Shown one piece after another: positions 19,566 to 28,405 of a DNA stretch of 38,466 bases; the first letter of the stretch is position 1, and each line of letters begins with the position of its first letter. Source of the DNA: an uncultured bacterium. GTDB taxonomy: Bacteria; CAYJRR01. The translations under genes were made by a program, and so were the position numbers. The notes below the pieces were generated by a model. The model was not told the origin of the DNA. It was given only the letters and a program-made list of their open reading frames with translations, and did no database searches. The stretch covers positions 1-38,466 of the forward strand of contig CAYJRR010000032.1 in the NCBI GenBank assembly GCA_964372275.1. Reading direction: 5' to 3'.

Positions 19566-21113
19566 ATGATCGCGTCCGGGAGGCTCGCGGAGAGGCCGAT
19601 CCGTGAGCTTCTGGCGGAGCTGCGCAATGCGGGGGGAACGGGGTTTCTGCGCCTGCTGCAGCCGGGGCGCGTGCGCCATCCGCGCGCCGAGATCGCGTTC
19701 CGGGGATCGCGCGTCGTCGGCGCGGCGCTCTACCGACCGCTCGGCCAGACCGGCACCGGAGAGGCGCTGGTCGACGAAGCGCTCTGCTCGCCGGAGGAGT
19801 CCCAACTCGCCGTGCAGCTCGCCGTGGCCCACGGAATGCCGGCCCACGGCGCGCTCGCCGAAGGGGCGATGCGGGCGCAGGTCGACTACGGCCGCGTCGT
19901 CGAGGCGCTCTCGCGTCACGTGCGCGCCGTCGTGGAGGCGATCGGGCGCTTCGAGAACGCGAGCTTCGAGCTCCACACCGCCTTCGACGCGGCCTGCGCC
20001 CCGGCGATTGCGTTCACCCTCGACGACGGCCTGGATCCGGTGGCGTTGGGGCTCGGGTCGCTCGATTCGACGCCGGACCGCCCGGTCCCCCCGGTCCTCG
20101 TGGCCCGGCGGCCCGAGCCGGCCGCCGCCGATCCTTCCCGGGGACCGATCGCCGCCCCGCCGCCCCCTGCCGCCGCGTTGTTCGTCGAGATCGAGCCCGC
20201 GGCGGGGTCGTCGTCGCCCGATCGGACGACGACGGCGTCCCGACGGGAAGCGGACGACACGCCGCTGTTCGAGGCGTGGGCGCCGGCTCCGTCGAGACCG
20301 ACGGCGCACCTCGAGCCGGTCGAGCTCGCGCCGCTGAACGCCGCGCTCGGCCAGACGCCGTCGGCCTCCCCGATCTTCGAGCCTCCCGTCGTCCCGGTCG
20401 CGCCCGCGGTCGCCGCGATCGAGCCGCCGAGGACGGCCGCCTTGCCGCCGCTCGAGTTCCTCCGACGATCCCGGCCCGTCGGCGCGCCGGACGAGCCGAC
20501 GAGCCGCTCGCCACGGTCGACCGCCGGCTTCGTCGTGCCGGACTCTCCGGCGGCGCTCCCCACGGCGGCGGCGCCTGCCGGGGCGCGGCGCGAGCAACGC
20601 CTTCGGGAGACCCTCGCCGCGCTCGGAAGCCGGTTGGAGCGAGAAGAGATCCTCCAGCGCGTGCTCGGTTTCGCGGGCGAGTTGTTCGGCCGCGGACTGT
20701 TGTTGATGCCCTCGGCGGAGGGGGAGCTCGTCGGGTTCTCGGCGTTCGGCATCGACTTCGGAACCGAGGACCCGGACGTCGCGTTGCGCGCGATCCGGGT
20801 CCCGTTCCTGGCGCATCCGGCCGTTCAGCGCGCGCTGGCCGCGGGCCGCCCGGATCGGAGCCGTCCCGGCACCGATCCGTGGGAGCGGCATCTGTTGGAT
20901 CGGCTCGGTGGCGGAACGCCGCTGGAGTCGTTCGTGGGAACGATCTCACGGGGGGCGATCACCGTCGCCGTCCTCTACGGCGACATGCTCCCCATGTCGG
21001 CGCCGGTCCCGGCGACGCACGACCTGGAGCACGTGCTCGCGGAGGCCGGCCGTGCGCTCCTCCGTGGTGGCCCGGAATCGCCGGTCGATCCCTCCCACGG
21101 GCCGACGGGATGA
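19566..21113 (+). CDS. DUF4388-like N-terminal domain protein with Pro-rich linker and GAF-like C-terminus
   Basis: GGAGAG RBS; MIASGRLAERPIRELLAELRNAGGTGFLRL...IAFRGSRVVGA resembles DUF4388; C-terminal EEILQRVLGFA...VAVLYGD resembles a GAF-like fold. Confidence 0.65.
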   Translation: MIASGRLAERPIRELLAELRNAGGTGFLRLLQPGRVRHPRAEIAFRGSRVVGAALYRPLGQTGTGEALVDEALCSPEESQLAVQLAVAHGMPAHGALAEGAMRAQVDYGRVVEALSRHVRAVVEAIGRFENASFELHTAFDAACAPAIAFTLDDGLDPVALGLGSLDSTPDRPVPPVLVARRPEPAAADPSRGPIAAPPPPAAALFVEIEPAAGSSSPDRTTTASRREADDTPLFEAWAPAPSRPTAHLEPVELAPLNAALGQTPSASPIFEPPVVPVAPAVAAIEPPRTAALPPLEFLRRSRPVGAPDEPTSRSPRSTAGFVVPDSPAALPTAAAPAGARREQRLRETLAALGSRLEREEILQRVLGFAGELFGRGLLLMPSAEGELVGFSAFGIDFGTEDPDVALRAIRVPFLAHPAVQRALAAGRPDRSRPGTDPWERHLLDRLGGGTPLESFVGTISRGAITVAVLYGDMLPMSAPVPATHDLEHVLAEAGRALLRGGPESPVDPSHGPTG

Positions 21114-22831
21114 CGACTCCGTGCCCGATCTGTCGATCTCCGGTGGAGGTCGACGACGCGTCGGTCGGCCCGGACGGCGTGTCGGTCCAGTGTCCGCTCT
21201 GCGACGAGGTCTTCACCGTGCGCCATCCTGCGGCGAGTCCATCCCCGCCGGCCGGCGCGACGCAATCGGTGGTCGGCTCGGCCGCCGCGCTCACCGGCGC
21301 GGCGCGAAGCTTCCTCGACGAGGAGTCGATCGACGGCCCGCCGGCGCGGGTGCTCGTCGCGCACGACAGCCATTCGTTCGGGGACCTGGTGAAGGACCTG
21401 CTCGGGGAGCAGGGGTTCCACGTCGACGTCGTGTACGACGGCGATGAGGCGATGCGCGCCGTCGAGACCGACCCGCCGGCGGTCGCGATCCTCGAGGCCG
21501 GACTTCCGAAGAGACTCGGGTTCAAACTGTGCGCCGAGATGCGCGCGCTTCCGGCCGCGGCCCCGGTGAAGATCCTGCTCGTCGCGTCGATCTACGATCG
21601 AAAGCGGATCGCGGCGGCGGTCGAGATCGATCGCGGACCGCACGACTTCGTCGAGCCCCGAAACATCGAGACCGAGCTCGTTCCGAAGGTCCGGCGGCTG
21701 CTCCGCGGTCGTCCGCCGGAAGGGACCTACTCCAAGCGCGCAGCCGAGGTCGGCGCGGCCCCCGCGTCGTCCGCCGCCGCCGACGAGCCCGCCCCCACGC
21801 GCTCGAGCGCCTCTCCGTCCGCCTCGCTGGACGACGACCCGGAGCTCCGGGCGCTTCTCGGGGAGTCCGCCTCCTATCCGGCCGTTCCCCTGCGGGGCGA
21901 GAGGCCGGCCGCCCCCCCGCGAAAGAAGACGCCTCCGCCGCCGAGCATGAGCCCTTCGCTCGTCTTCGACGAGGACGACCTCGAGATCTGGGCAAAGGTG
22001 ATCGCCGAAGGGACGGAGACCGGGGAGGGGACCGACGACGAATTGATGCGCGACCTGATCGATCTGGCCAACGAGCCGAGCGTCTCGCGCGACGCCCCGA
22101 GCGTCGCCCCCGGGTCGATCCCCCCGCGTGGCACGAGCTCCGACAAGGAGGACTCGATCAGTCGCCACGATCTGGTCCTCGACGAGCTGCTGCGCGACTC
22201 GCCGACGCTGGCCAAGCAGCCGTCCCCTCCGTCCGACGACGACGTGTTGGAGTCGATCCTGCGTGGCGCTTCCGAGACGCGGGAGGCGATCGAGCCGGGC
22301 CCGCCCGCGCGCGAGCCGTCGGGTCCCCGGAAGGCGCCCGCGCCCGGATCGGCCGCCGCGGACGACGACATCCTCAAGATGGACGAGTTTCTGGCCAGCG
22401 AGCCGGGTCGTTCCTCGACCGCGCCGGTCCGGAACGAGGACTCGTTCGTCATCTCCAAGACCCATCCGACCGAAGACACCTCGAGCTTCGAGCCGGTTCC
22501 GCGTCCGGTCGACCCGGCGACCGCGTCCGAGCCCGTGACGCCCCCCGGCCCTCGGCCGGCGTCGGCCGGGTCGGCCGCGACCCCGGCCGACCACCAGAAG
22601 GCCCAGCGCCTGGCCAAGCTGATCGTCCAGGACATCGTCCTCTACTGCCAGGACCGCCTCGCCGAGGCGGTTCGCACCGGGCAGTTCTTCGAGCTGGTGA
22701 AGGGGGACGTCAAGGACGGCCGGCTCTACTACGACGAAAAGATCCCCGAGGCGGTTCGTGCCGAGCGCGACTACATCCAGGAGTGCCTGGACGAGGTGGT
22801 CGCCACCAAACGCCGGGAGCTCGGGCTCTAG
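21110..22831 (+). CDS. zinc-ribbon (MJ0042-type) plus atypical receiver domain protein
   Basis: CPIC...VQCPLCDEVF; receiver-like RVLVAHD...DGDEAM...AVAILEAGLPKRLGFKLC; acidic/Pro linker; helical C-terminus AQRLAKLIVQDIVLY...GRLYYDEKI; ATGA overlap. Confidence 0.8.
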   Translation: MTTPCPICRSPVEVDDASVGPDGVSVQCPLCDEVFTVRHPAASPSPPAGATQSVVGSAAALTGAARSFLDEESIDGPPARVLVAHDSHSFGDLVKDLLGEQGFHVDVVYDGDEAMRAVETDPPAVAILEAGLPKRLGFKLCAEMRALPAAAPVKILLVASIYDRKRIAAAVEIDRGPHDFVEPRNIETELVPKVRRLLRGRPPEGTYSKRAAEVGAAPASSAAADEPAPTRSSASPSASLDDDPELRALLGESASYPAVPLRGERPAAPPRKKTPPPPSMSPSLVFDEDDLEIWAKVIAEGTETGEGTDDELMRDLIDLANEPSVSRDAPSVAPGSIPPRGTSSDKEDSISRHDLVLDELLRDSPTLAKQPSPPSDDDVLESILRGASETREAIEPGPPAREPSGPRKAPAPGSAAADDDILKMDEFLASEPGRSSTAPVRNEDSFVISKTHPTEDTSSFEPVPRPVDPATASEPVTPPGPRPASAGSAATPADHQKAQRLAKLIVQDIVLYCQDRLAEAVRTGQFFELVKGDVKDGRLYYDEKIPEAVRAERDYIQECLDEVVATKRRELGL

Positions 22832-22844
22832 CCCGCGCCTACGC

Positions 22845-22858
22845 GCCCCTTCGGGGGT
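22845..22858 (+). terminator. short hairpin with cUUCGg tetraloop downstream of the stop
   Basis: GCCCC-TTCG-GGGGT, 13 nt after the stop codon; no U-tract, so it may be a stabilising hairpin instead. Confidence 0.3.
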
Positions 22859-22877
22859 ACTCCTCCGAACCCCCTGC

Positions 22878-22907
22878 TTGACCTTTTCCCTGGCGCGCTG
22901 CTAATTT
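22878..22907 (+). promoter_or_regulatory. putative sigma70 promoter of the ffh operon
   Basis: TTGACC (22878-22883), 18-nt spacer, TGcTAATTT extended -10 (22899-22907). Confidence 0.6.
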
Positions 22908-22922
22908 ACCGCGCTTTTTTCC

Positions 22923-24266
22923 ATGCTCGACGCCCTCTCCGAGAAGCTGTCCGGGGTCGTCCGCTCGCTGAGCGGGCAGGGGCGCATCCGTGAATCGAAC
23001 GTCCAGGAGGCGCTGAAGGCGGTCCGCCTCTCGCTGCTCGAGGCCGACGTCAACTTCAAGGTCGTCAAGGAGCTCGTCGAGCGGGTGAAGCAGAAGGCGC
23101 TCGGGGCGTCGGTGTTGAACAGCCTCACGCCGGGGCAGCAGTTCGTCCAGATCTTCTACGAAGAGCTCAAGGAGCTGATGGGGGGGGCGGCGACCGACCT
23201 CGACCTCCACGCCCGCCCACCGATCGCCTTGATGATGGTCGGCCTCCAGGGGTCCGGGAAGACGACCACGACCGCCAAGCTCGGGCGCCTGCTCAAGTCG
23301 CGCGGCCGGCGCGTCCTGCTCGTCCCCGCCGACGTGAAGCGCCCGGCGGCGATCGAGCAGCTCAAGGTCCTTGGCGGCCAGCTCGGCCTCGACGTCCACC
23401 CGTCGACGACCGCCGACGATCCGGTCGAGATCTGCGCGCGGGCGATGGCGGAGGCGGCGCGGCTCAACTACGACCTGGTGCTGATCGACACCGCCGGCCG
23501 CCTGGCGGTCGACGCCGAGCTGATGGACGAGCTGACCCGCATGCGCGATCGGGTCTCGCCGCGCGAGGTGCTGCTGGTCGCGGACAGCATGACCGGCCAG
23601 GACGCCGTCTCCACCGCCACGCGGTTCGACCAGGCGGTCGGGCTGACCGGAGTGGTGCTGACCAAGCTCGACGGCGACGCGCGCGGGGGGGCGGCGCTCT
23701 CGATCAAGGCGGTGACCGGCAAGCCGGTGAAGCTGGTCGGCGTCGGCGAAAAGCTCGACGCCCTGGAGACGTTTCATCCCGATCGCATGGCGCAGCGGAT
23801 CCTCGGGATGGGGGACGTGCTGTCGCTGGCGGAGAAGGCGCAGGCGGCTTTGGGCCCGATCGACGAGAAGGAGGCCCTCGACCAGGTTCGCAAGATCAAG
23901 GAGGCGAAGTTCACCCTCGAGGACTTCCTGGCGCAGATGAAGGCGATGAAGAAGCTGGGCTCGCTGGAGTCGATCCTGGGGATGATGCCGGGGATGGGGC
24001 AGATCTCGAAGATGATGAAGGAGATGGGGGGCGCGGAGTCGCAACTCAAGAAGGCGGAGGCGATCATCCACTCGATGACGCCGCTCGAGCGCCGCAACCA
24101 CCAGCTCCTGAACGGCTCGCGCCGCAAGCGGATCGCGATGGGCTCCGGCACGACGGTGCAGGACGTGAACAGCTTGGTGAAGCAGTTCGACGCCACGCAG
24201 CAGTTGATGAAGCGCCTGGGCCGAGGGGGCCTTGGCGCCTTGAAGGGTTTGGTACCGGGACTCTAA
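22923..24266 (+). CDS. ffh: signal recognition particle protein
   Basis: LLEADVNFKVVK, GLQGSGKTT, DTAGR, TKLDGDARGGAALS, RILGMGDV, Met-rich M domain with SRRKRIAMGSG. Confidence 0.97.
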   Translation: MLDALSEKLSGVVRSLSGQGRIRESNVQEALKAVRLSLLEADVNFKVVKELVERVKQKALGASVLNSLTPGQQFVQIFYEELKELMGGAATDLDLHARPPIALMMVGLQGSGKTTTTAKLGRLLKSRGRRVLLVPADVKRPAAIEQLKVLGGQLGLDVHPSTTADDPVEICARAMAEAARLNYDLVLIDTAGRLAVDAELMDELTRMRDRVSPREVLLVADSMTGQDAVSTATRFDQAVGLTGVVLTKLDGDARGGAALSIKAVTGKPVKLVGVGEKLDALETFHPDRMAQRILGMGDVLSLAEKAQAALGPIDEKEALDQVRKIKEAKFTLEDFLAQMKAMKKLGSLESILGMMPGMGQISKMMKEMGGAESQLKKAEAIIHSMTPLERRNHQLLNGSRRKRIAMGSGTTVQDVNSLVKQFDATQQLMKRLGRGGLGALKGLVPGL

Positions 24267-24284
24267 GGAAGGAAGGAACGTTCG

Positions 24285-24539
24285 ATGGCCGCAAAGATCC
24301 GTTTGACCCGCGTCGGGTCGCACAAGAACCCCTACTACCGCATCGTCGTCGCCGACGAGTCGCGCGCGCGCGACGGCCGGTTCATCGAGATCGTCGGCAC
24401 CTACCACCCCGTGCACAAGGGGAAGGAGACCGAGATCCAGCTCAAGAAGGAGCGCGTCGACCACTGGCTCAAGGCCGGGGCGCTTCCGAGCGAGACCGTT
24501 CGCCAGTTGCTCGACCGTGCGAAGGCCGCCGCGGCCTGA
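24285..24539 (+). CDS. rpsP: 30S ribosomal protein S16
   Basis: KIRLTRVG...PYYRIVVAD...RDGRFIEIVGTYHP...WLKAGALPSETV. Confidence 0.97.
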   Translation: MAAKIRLTRVGSHKNPYYRIVVADESRARDGRFIEIVGTYHPVHKGKETEIQLKKERVDHWLKAGALPSETVRQLLDRAKAAAA

Positions 24540-25059
24540 TCCGGGCGGCCCCAAGCCGGCCGCAGGCCTTCGCATCGGCTACGTGAAGGGGGCGCACGGG
24601 ATCCGGGGAGAGGTCCGGATCGAGACGTTCGATCCGGCGTCGGTCGCGATCCGTCCCGGAGTGGCGCTGGTCATCGGAGGTGGACCGGGACGCGCGGTGG
24701 ACGGCGCTCGGCCCCACGGCACGGGGTGGTTGGTCCGCCTGGCGGGGGTCGAGAGCCGGAGCGACGCCGAGGCGCTCCGGGGGCTCGAGGTCGCGATCGA
24801 TCGCGCGGTGCTGCCGCCCCTGGGAAGGGGGGAGTTCTACCTCGGCGACGTGATCGGCTACGCCGCCCTCGACGTCGGCGGGCGGGCGCTCGGCGAGATC
24901 GACGGCGTCCTCGACGCCGGAGCGCAGCCGCTGCTCCGGTTGCGACGGCCCGGCGGCCGCTCGGCGCTCGTGCCGTGCGTCGAAGGGATCGTCCGCGAGG
25001 TCCGGCACGACCGGCGCGAGGTGGTGCTTTGCCCTCCCGACGGGCTCCTCGATCTATGA
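24517..25059 (+). CDS. rimM: ribosome maturation factor RimM
   Basis: [49 protein letters not shown]; start uncertain (GTG 24517 overlaps rpsP by 23 nt). Confidence 0.9.
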   Translation: MRRPPRPDPGGPKPAAGLRIGYVKGAHGIRGEVRIETFDPASVAIRPGVALVIGGGPGRAVDGARPHGTGWLVRLAGVESRSDAEALRGLEVAIDRAVLPPLGRGEFYLGDVIGYAALDVGGRALGEIDGVLDAGAQPLLRLRRPGGRSALVPCVEGIVREVRHDRREVVLCPPDGLLDL

Positions 25060-25832
25060 TCGTCGACGTTCTCACCCTGTTCCCCGGCTTCTTCGAAAGC
25101 CCGCTGCGCGAGACGATCCTCGGCCGGGCGACCGGTCGGGGTCTGGTCGAGATTCGGCTGCGCGACATCCGCGCCTACGCCACCGACAAGCACGCCCGGA
25201 CCGACGACGTGCCGTTCGGCGGCGGCGCCGGCATGGTGATGAAGCCGGAGCCGGTGGTGGCGGCGATCGAAGCGTCCCGCGCCGACGGCGCCTCGCGCGT
25301 GATCCTGCTCGACCCGAGCGGACGGCGGTTCGATCAGGCCTACGCCGAGCGTCTCGCGGCGGAGGCCCAAACGACGGCCGCGGGCAACAGGCCGGCCTCG
25401 GGCCTGGCGCTGGTCTGTGGCCGGTACGAGGGGTTCGACGAGCGGATCCGCGACTTCGTCGACGAGACGCTGTCGGTGGGCGACGTCGTCCTCTCGGGCG
25501 GAGAGCCGGCGGCGCTGGTGGTGATCGACGCGGTGGCGCGGCTGCTCGAGGGGGTCTTGGGGAACGTCGAAAGCCCGGCCGAGGAGAGCTTCGGGGGACC
25601 TTCACGCCTGCTCGAGGCCCCCCGCTATACCCGGCCGCGGGAGTTCCGGGGGAGGGGGGTTCCGGAGGTTCTAACGTCCGGCGATCACGAGGCGATCCGG
25701 CGGTGGCGGCGGCTCGAGTCGCTGCGTCGCACGGTGGCCTTGCGTCCCGACCTGGTCGAAGCGGCGGAGCGCGAGGGCTTGCTTACCGGGGCGGATCGAA
25801 TGCTGCTGGACGAAGCGCGCAAATTGAAGTAG
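25056..25832 (+). CDS. trmD: tRNA (guanine-N1)-methyltransferase
   Basis: [61 protein letters not shown]. Confidence 0.96.
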   Translation: MIVDVLTLFPGFFESPLRETILGRATGRGLVEIRLRDIRAYATDKHARTDDVPFGGGAGMVMKPEPVVAAIEASRADGASRVILLDPSGRRFDQAYAERLAAEAQTTAAGNRPASGLALVCGRYEGFDERIRDFVDETLSVGDVVLSGGEPAALVVIDAVARLLEGVLGNVESPAEESFGGPSRLLEAPRYTRPREFRGRGVPEVLTSGDHEAIRRWRRLESLRRTVALRPDLVEAAEREGLLTGADRMLLDEARKLK

Positions 25833-25875
25833 ATCGACCAGACTTTCGAACCGTAAACCGGGGAACGTGTACGCC

Positions 25876-26358
25876 ATGTCCGCCGCCGAATCGACCAAGT
25901 CCGCGCCCGCCTCGTCCCCGCGACGAGCGTTGGGCGATCTCCTCCGCAACGTCGAGCGCAAGCACCAGAAGCCGAGCTCCGAGCTCGACTTCCGTCCGGG
26001 GGACACGGTGCGCGTGCACGTGAAGATCAAGGAAGGGGACAAGGAGCGGATCCAGGTCTTCCAGGGGGTGGTGATGCGCAAGCGCCGCGGCGGCTCGGGC
26101 GCCACCTTCACCGTGCGCAAGATCTCCTACGGCGTGGGGGTCGAGCGCGCCTTTCCGCTCTCCTCCCCCTACATCGAGAAGGTCGAAGTGATGACCTCCG
26201 GCGGCGTGCGCCGCTCGCGTCTCTACTACGTGCGCGACCTGAAGGGGAAGGCGGCGAAGATCCGCGAGAAGCAGCGGCTGATCGTCGAGGAAGGCACCCC
26301 CGAAGCGCCCGGCATGGAAAGCCCGGAGCCCCCGGCCGCCGAGGTCGCGAAGGCGTAG
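25876..26358 (+). CDS. rplS: 50S ribosomal protein L19
   Basis: [51 protein letters not shown]; start could be 25867, 25876 or TTG 25930. Confidence 0.96.
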   Translation: MSAAESTKSAPASSPRRALGDLLRNVERKHQKPSSELDFRPGDTVRVHVKIKEGDKERIQVFQGVVMRKRRGGSGATFTVRKISYGVGVERAFPLSSPYIEKVEVMTSGGVRRSRLYYVRDLKGKAAKIREKQRLIVEEGTPEAPGMESPEPPAAEVAKA

Positions 26359-26389
26359 TCGTCGCGCCGTTGGGTTATGATCGCCGACC

Positions 26390-28384
26390 GTGGCCGACGC
26401 GACTCCGCGTAAGTCGGGCGCCTTCGTTTCGGAGGTGGTGGTCCAGGGGATCCGCCGGTTCGGCGAGATCCGGCGCTTCTCCTTCGGCCCGGGTTACAAC
26501 GTCGTCTTCGGCCTGAGCTCCTCGGGAAAATCGACCCTCTACGACGTCTTGAAATCGCTCCTGTTCGCCGGGGCCTCCGAGGGGGAATCGGAGGGGTTCA
26601 GGTCGCTCCTTCCCGGCGGACAGGCGGCCTGCCGCGCAGGTTTGAGCCTCCAACTCGACGGCGGCTTGTTCCGGGTCCTCAAGGACTACAAGGCGGGGCA
26701 GACGACGCTCTCGCAGTACATCGCCGCCGAGAAGCGGTTCGACCTCCGCATGAGCGACGCCGCCGAGATCGAACGGTGGCTCGACGGCGAGGCGCGCTTC
26801 CCGCGAGGGCCGGTGGTGGACAGGCTCTTGTCGCTGCGTCGCGCCGACCTGCCGTCGTCCTCGGGCGAGGGGACCGACGCCGTGGCCGGGGGTGCGGAGC
26901 CGCTCGACGACGCGTTCGAGGCGGAGATCAAGGTCGCCGGCGTGGCGAAGAACCGGGCGCGCTTCGACGCCCTCCTGTCGCAGTACCGCAGCTGCCAGGA
27001 GTTCAAGTCGAGCGAGCTCCGGCAGGACGAGGCGCGCTCGGAGCTGTTCGAGGTGGAGCAGAAGATCCAGCGGGCCCGGGAGATCGAGGTTCGGCTGGCG
27101 GAGATCCGGAAGGAGCTCAAGCCGATGGCCCACGCCTCCCCGCTTCCGCCGGGGATCGACGCGCGCATCGACCAGTTCAAGCGCTTCGAGAAGACCTACG
27201 AGGCGGAACGGGGACAGCTCAAAGCGAGGGAGGACGAGGCGCGCAAGGGGCTCGACGTGCTGATCCCCGCCCCCTACAGCCTGAAGGACATGCGGCTCAC
27301 CTCGCCGGCGAAGATCCTCACCACCATCCTCAACAAGGACCTTCCGTTCGACGGCGGACTCGCGTCGTTCGTGGTCGGATTGGGGATGGTCGCCGCGGGG
27401 ATCCAGTTCTTCAACCTGGGGGCGATCCTGCTGCTGGGAGGCCTGGCGCTGGCGTCCTACCGCGGCATCTGGGTCTTTCTCCGGGCGAAAGAGAAGAGCG
27501 ACGTCCTCCGCAAGGCGCTCGACGCGACGTTGGAACAGATCGCCGTCCTCGACCGGAAGCGGGAGATGGAGACCGGCGTGGTGCGGGGGCTGATGCGCGA
27601 GTACCTCGTCGACGATCCGTGGGAGCTGAAGGAGGCGGCCGAGCGGCGGGACAAGCTGGCGGCGGAGGACGGGAAGCTCTCCAAGGAGATGACGTCGCTC
27701 GTGCCGTCCGGCGGCGTGACGGCCCTGGAGTCGGGCCGCAAGGAGCGGATCGCCGAGACCGAGCGCCTGGACGCCCGCATCGCGGAGCTGGCCGGGATGG
27801 CGGCGACCGACACCCACCTCCTCGAAGCGCAGATCGAGCGGCTCGACCGAGAGCTGGCGCGTGCCGAGGGGCGGCGCCCGCGCAGCCGCGAGCGGCTGTT
27901 CAGCCCGGACGCGGAGGCGACCGAAGCCGAGGGGCCGGCGGTCGCGGGCGATCCGATCGCGCGCGTCGTCGACGCCTGGTGCGATGCGCGCCGCGCCGAC
28001 CCGGAGCGCCTGCTGCGGACGGTGCAGGAGGCCTACTCGCAGACGTTGCGCGCGCTGTCCGGCGGCCGGTTCGCCGAGGGGACGTTCGACCCGGAGGGCC
28101 GAGTCGCGCTGCGCGGAAACGGCCGCGGCCCGGTCCCCTACGAGAAGCTCGATCCCGAGTCGAAGGACGTGGCCTTCCTCGCGTTGCGGATGGCGCTGTT
28201 CGAGCTGGAGGCGCGCGGCGAACGGCGCGGATTCGTCCTCCTCGACGATCCCTTCGAGCTCCCGGACCGGCCGCTGGCCGTCGTTTCGCACCTGCTCAAG
28301 GCGTTGGGGGAGGACTTGCAAATCGTCCACCTCACCGGGCGGGTCGCGCATCGGAAACTCGCGGACCACGTCCTCGAGATCTGA
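26390..28384 (+). CDS. YhaN/SMC-like split ABC-ATPase with coiled coils and a central membrane hairpin
   Basis: N-terminal VQGIRRF...GYNVVFGLSSSGKSTL (Walker A), long coiled coils, two hydrophobic helices (GGLASFVVGLGMVAAGIQF / LGAILLLGGLALASY), C-terminal AFLALRMAL...FVLLDDPF...QIVHLT. Confidence 0.75.
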   Translation: MADATPRKSGAFVSEVVVQGIRRFGEIRRFSFGPGYNVVFGLSSSGKSTLYDVLKSLLFAGASEGESEGFRSLLPGGQAACRAGLSLQLDGGLFRVLKDYKAGQTTLSQYIAAEKRFDLRMSDAAEIERWLDGEARFPRGPVVDRLLSLRRADLPSSSGEGTDAVAGGAEPLDDAFEAEIKVAGVAKNRARFDALLSQYRSCQEFKSSELRQDEARSELFEVEQKIQRAREIEVRLAEIRKELKPMAHASPLPPGIDARIDQFKRFEKTYEAERGQLKAREDEARKGLDVLIPAPYSLKDMRLTSPAKILTTILNKDLPFDGGLASFVVGLGMVAAGIQFFNLGAILLLGGLALASYRGIWVFLRAKEKSDVLRKALDATLEQIAVLDRKREMETGVVRGLMREYLVDDPWELKEAAERRDKLAAEDGKLSKEMTSLVPSGGVTALESGRKERIAETERLDARIAELAGMAATDTHLLEAQIERLDRELARAEGRRPRSRERLFSPDAEATEAEGPAVAGDPIARVVDAWCDARRADPERLLRTVQEAYSQTLRALSGGRFAEGTFDPEGRVALRGNGRGPVPYEKLDPESKDVAFLALRMALFELEARGERRGFVLLDDPFELPDRPLAVVSHLLKALGEDLQIVHLTGRVAHRKLADHVLEI

Positions 28385-28405
28385 TAGAAGGCCGGGACGA
28401 GAAGC

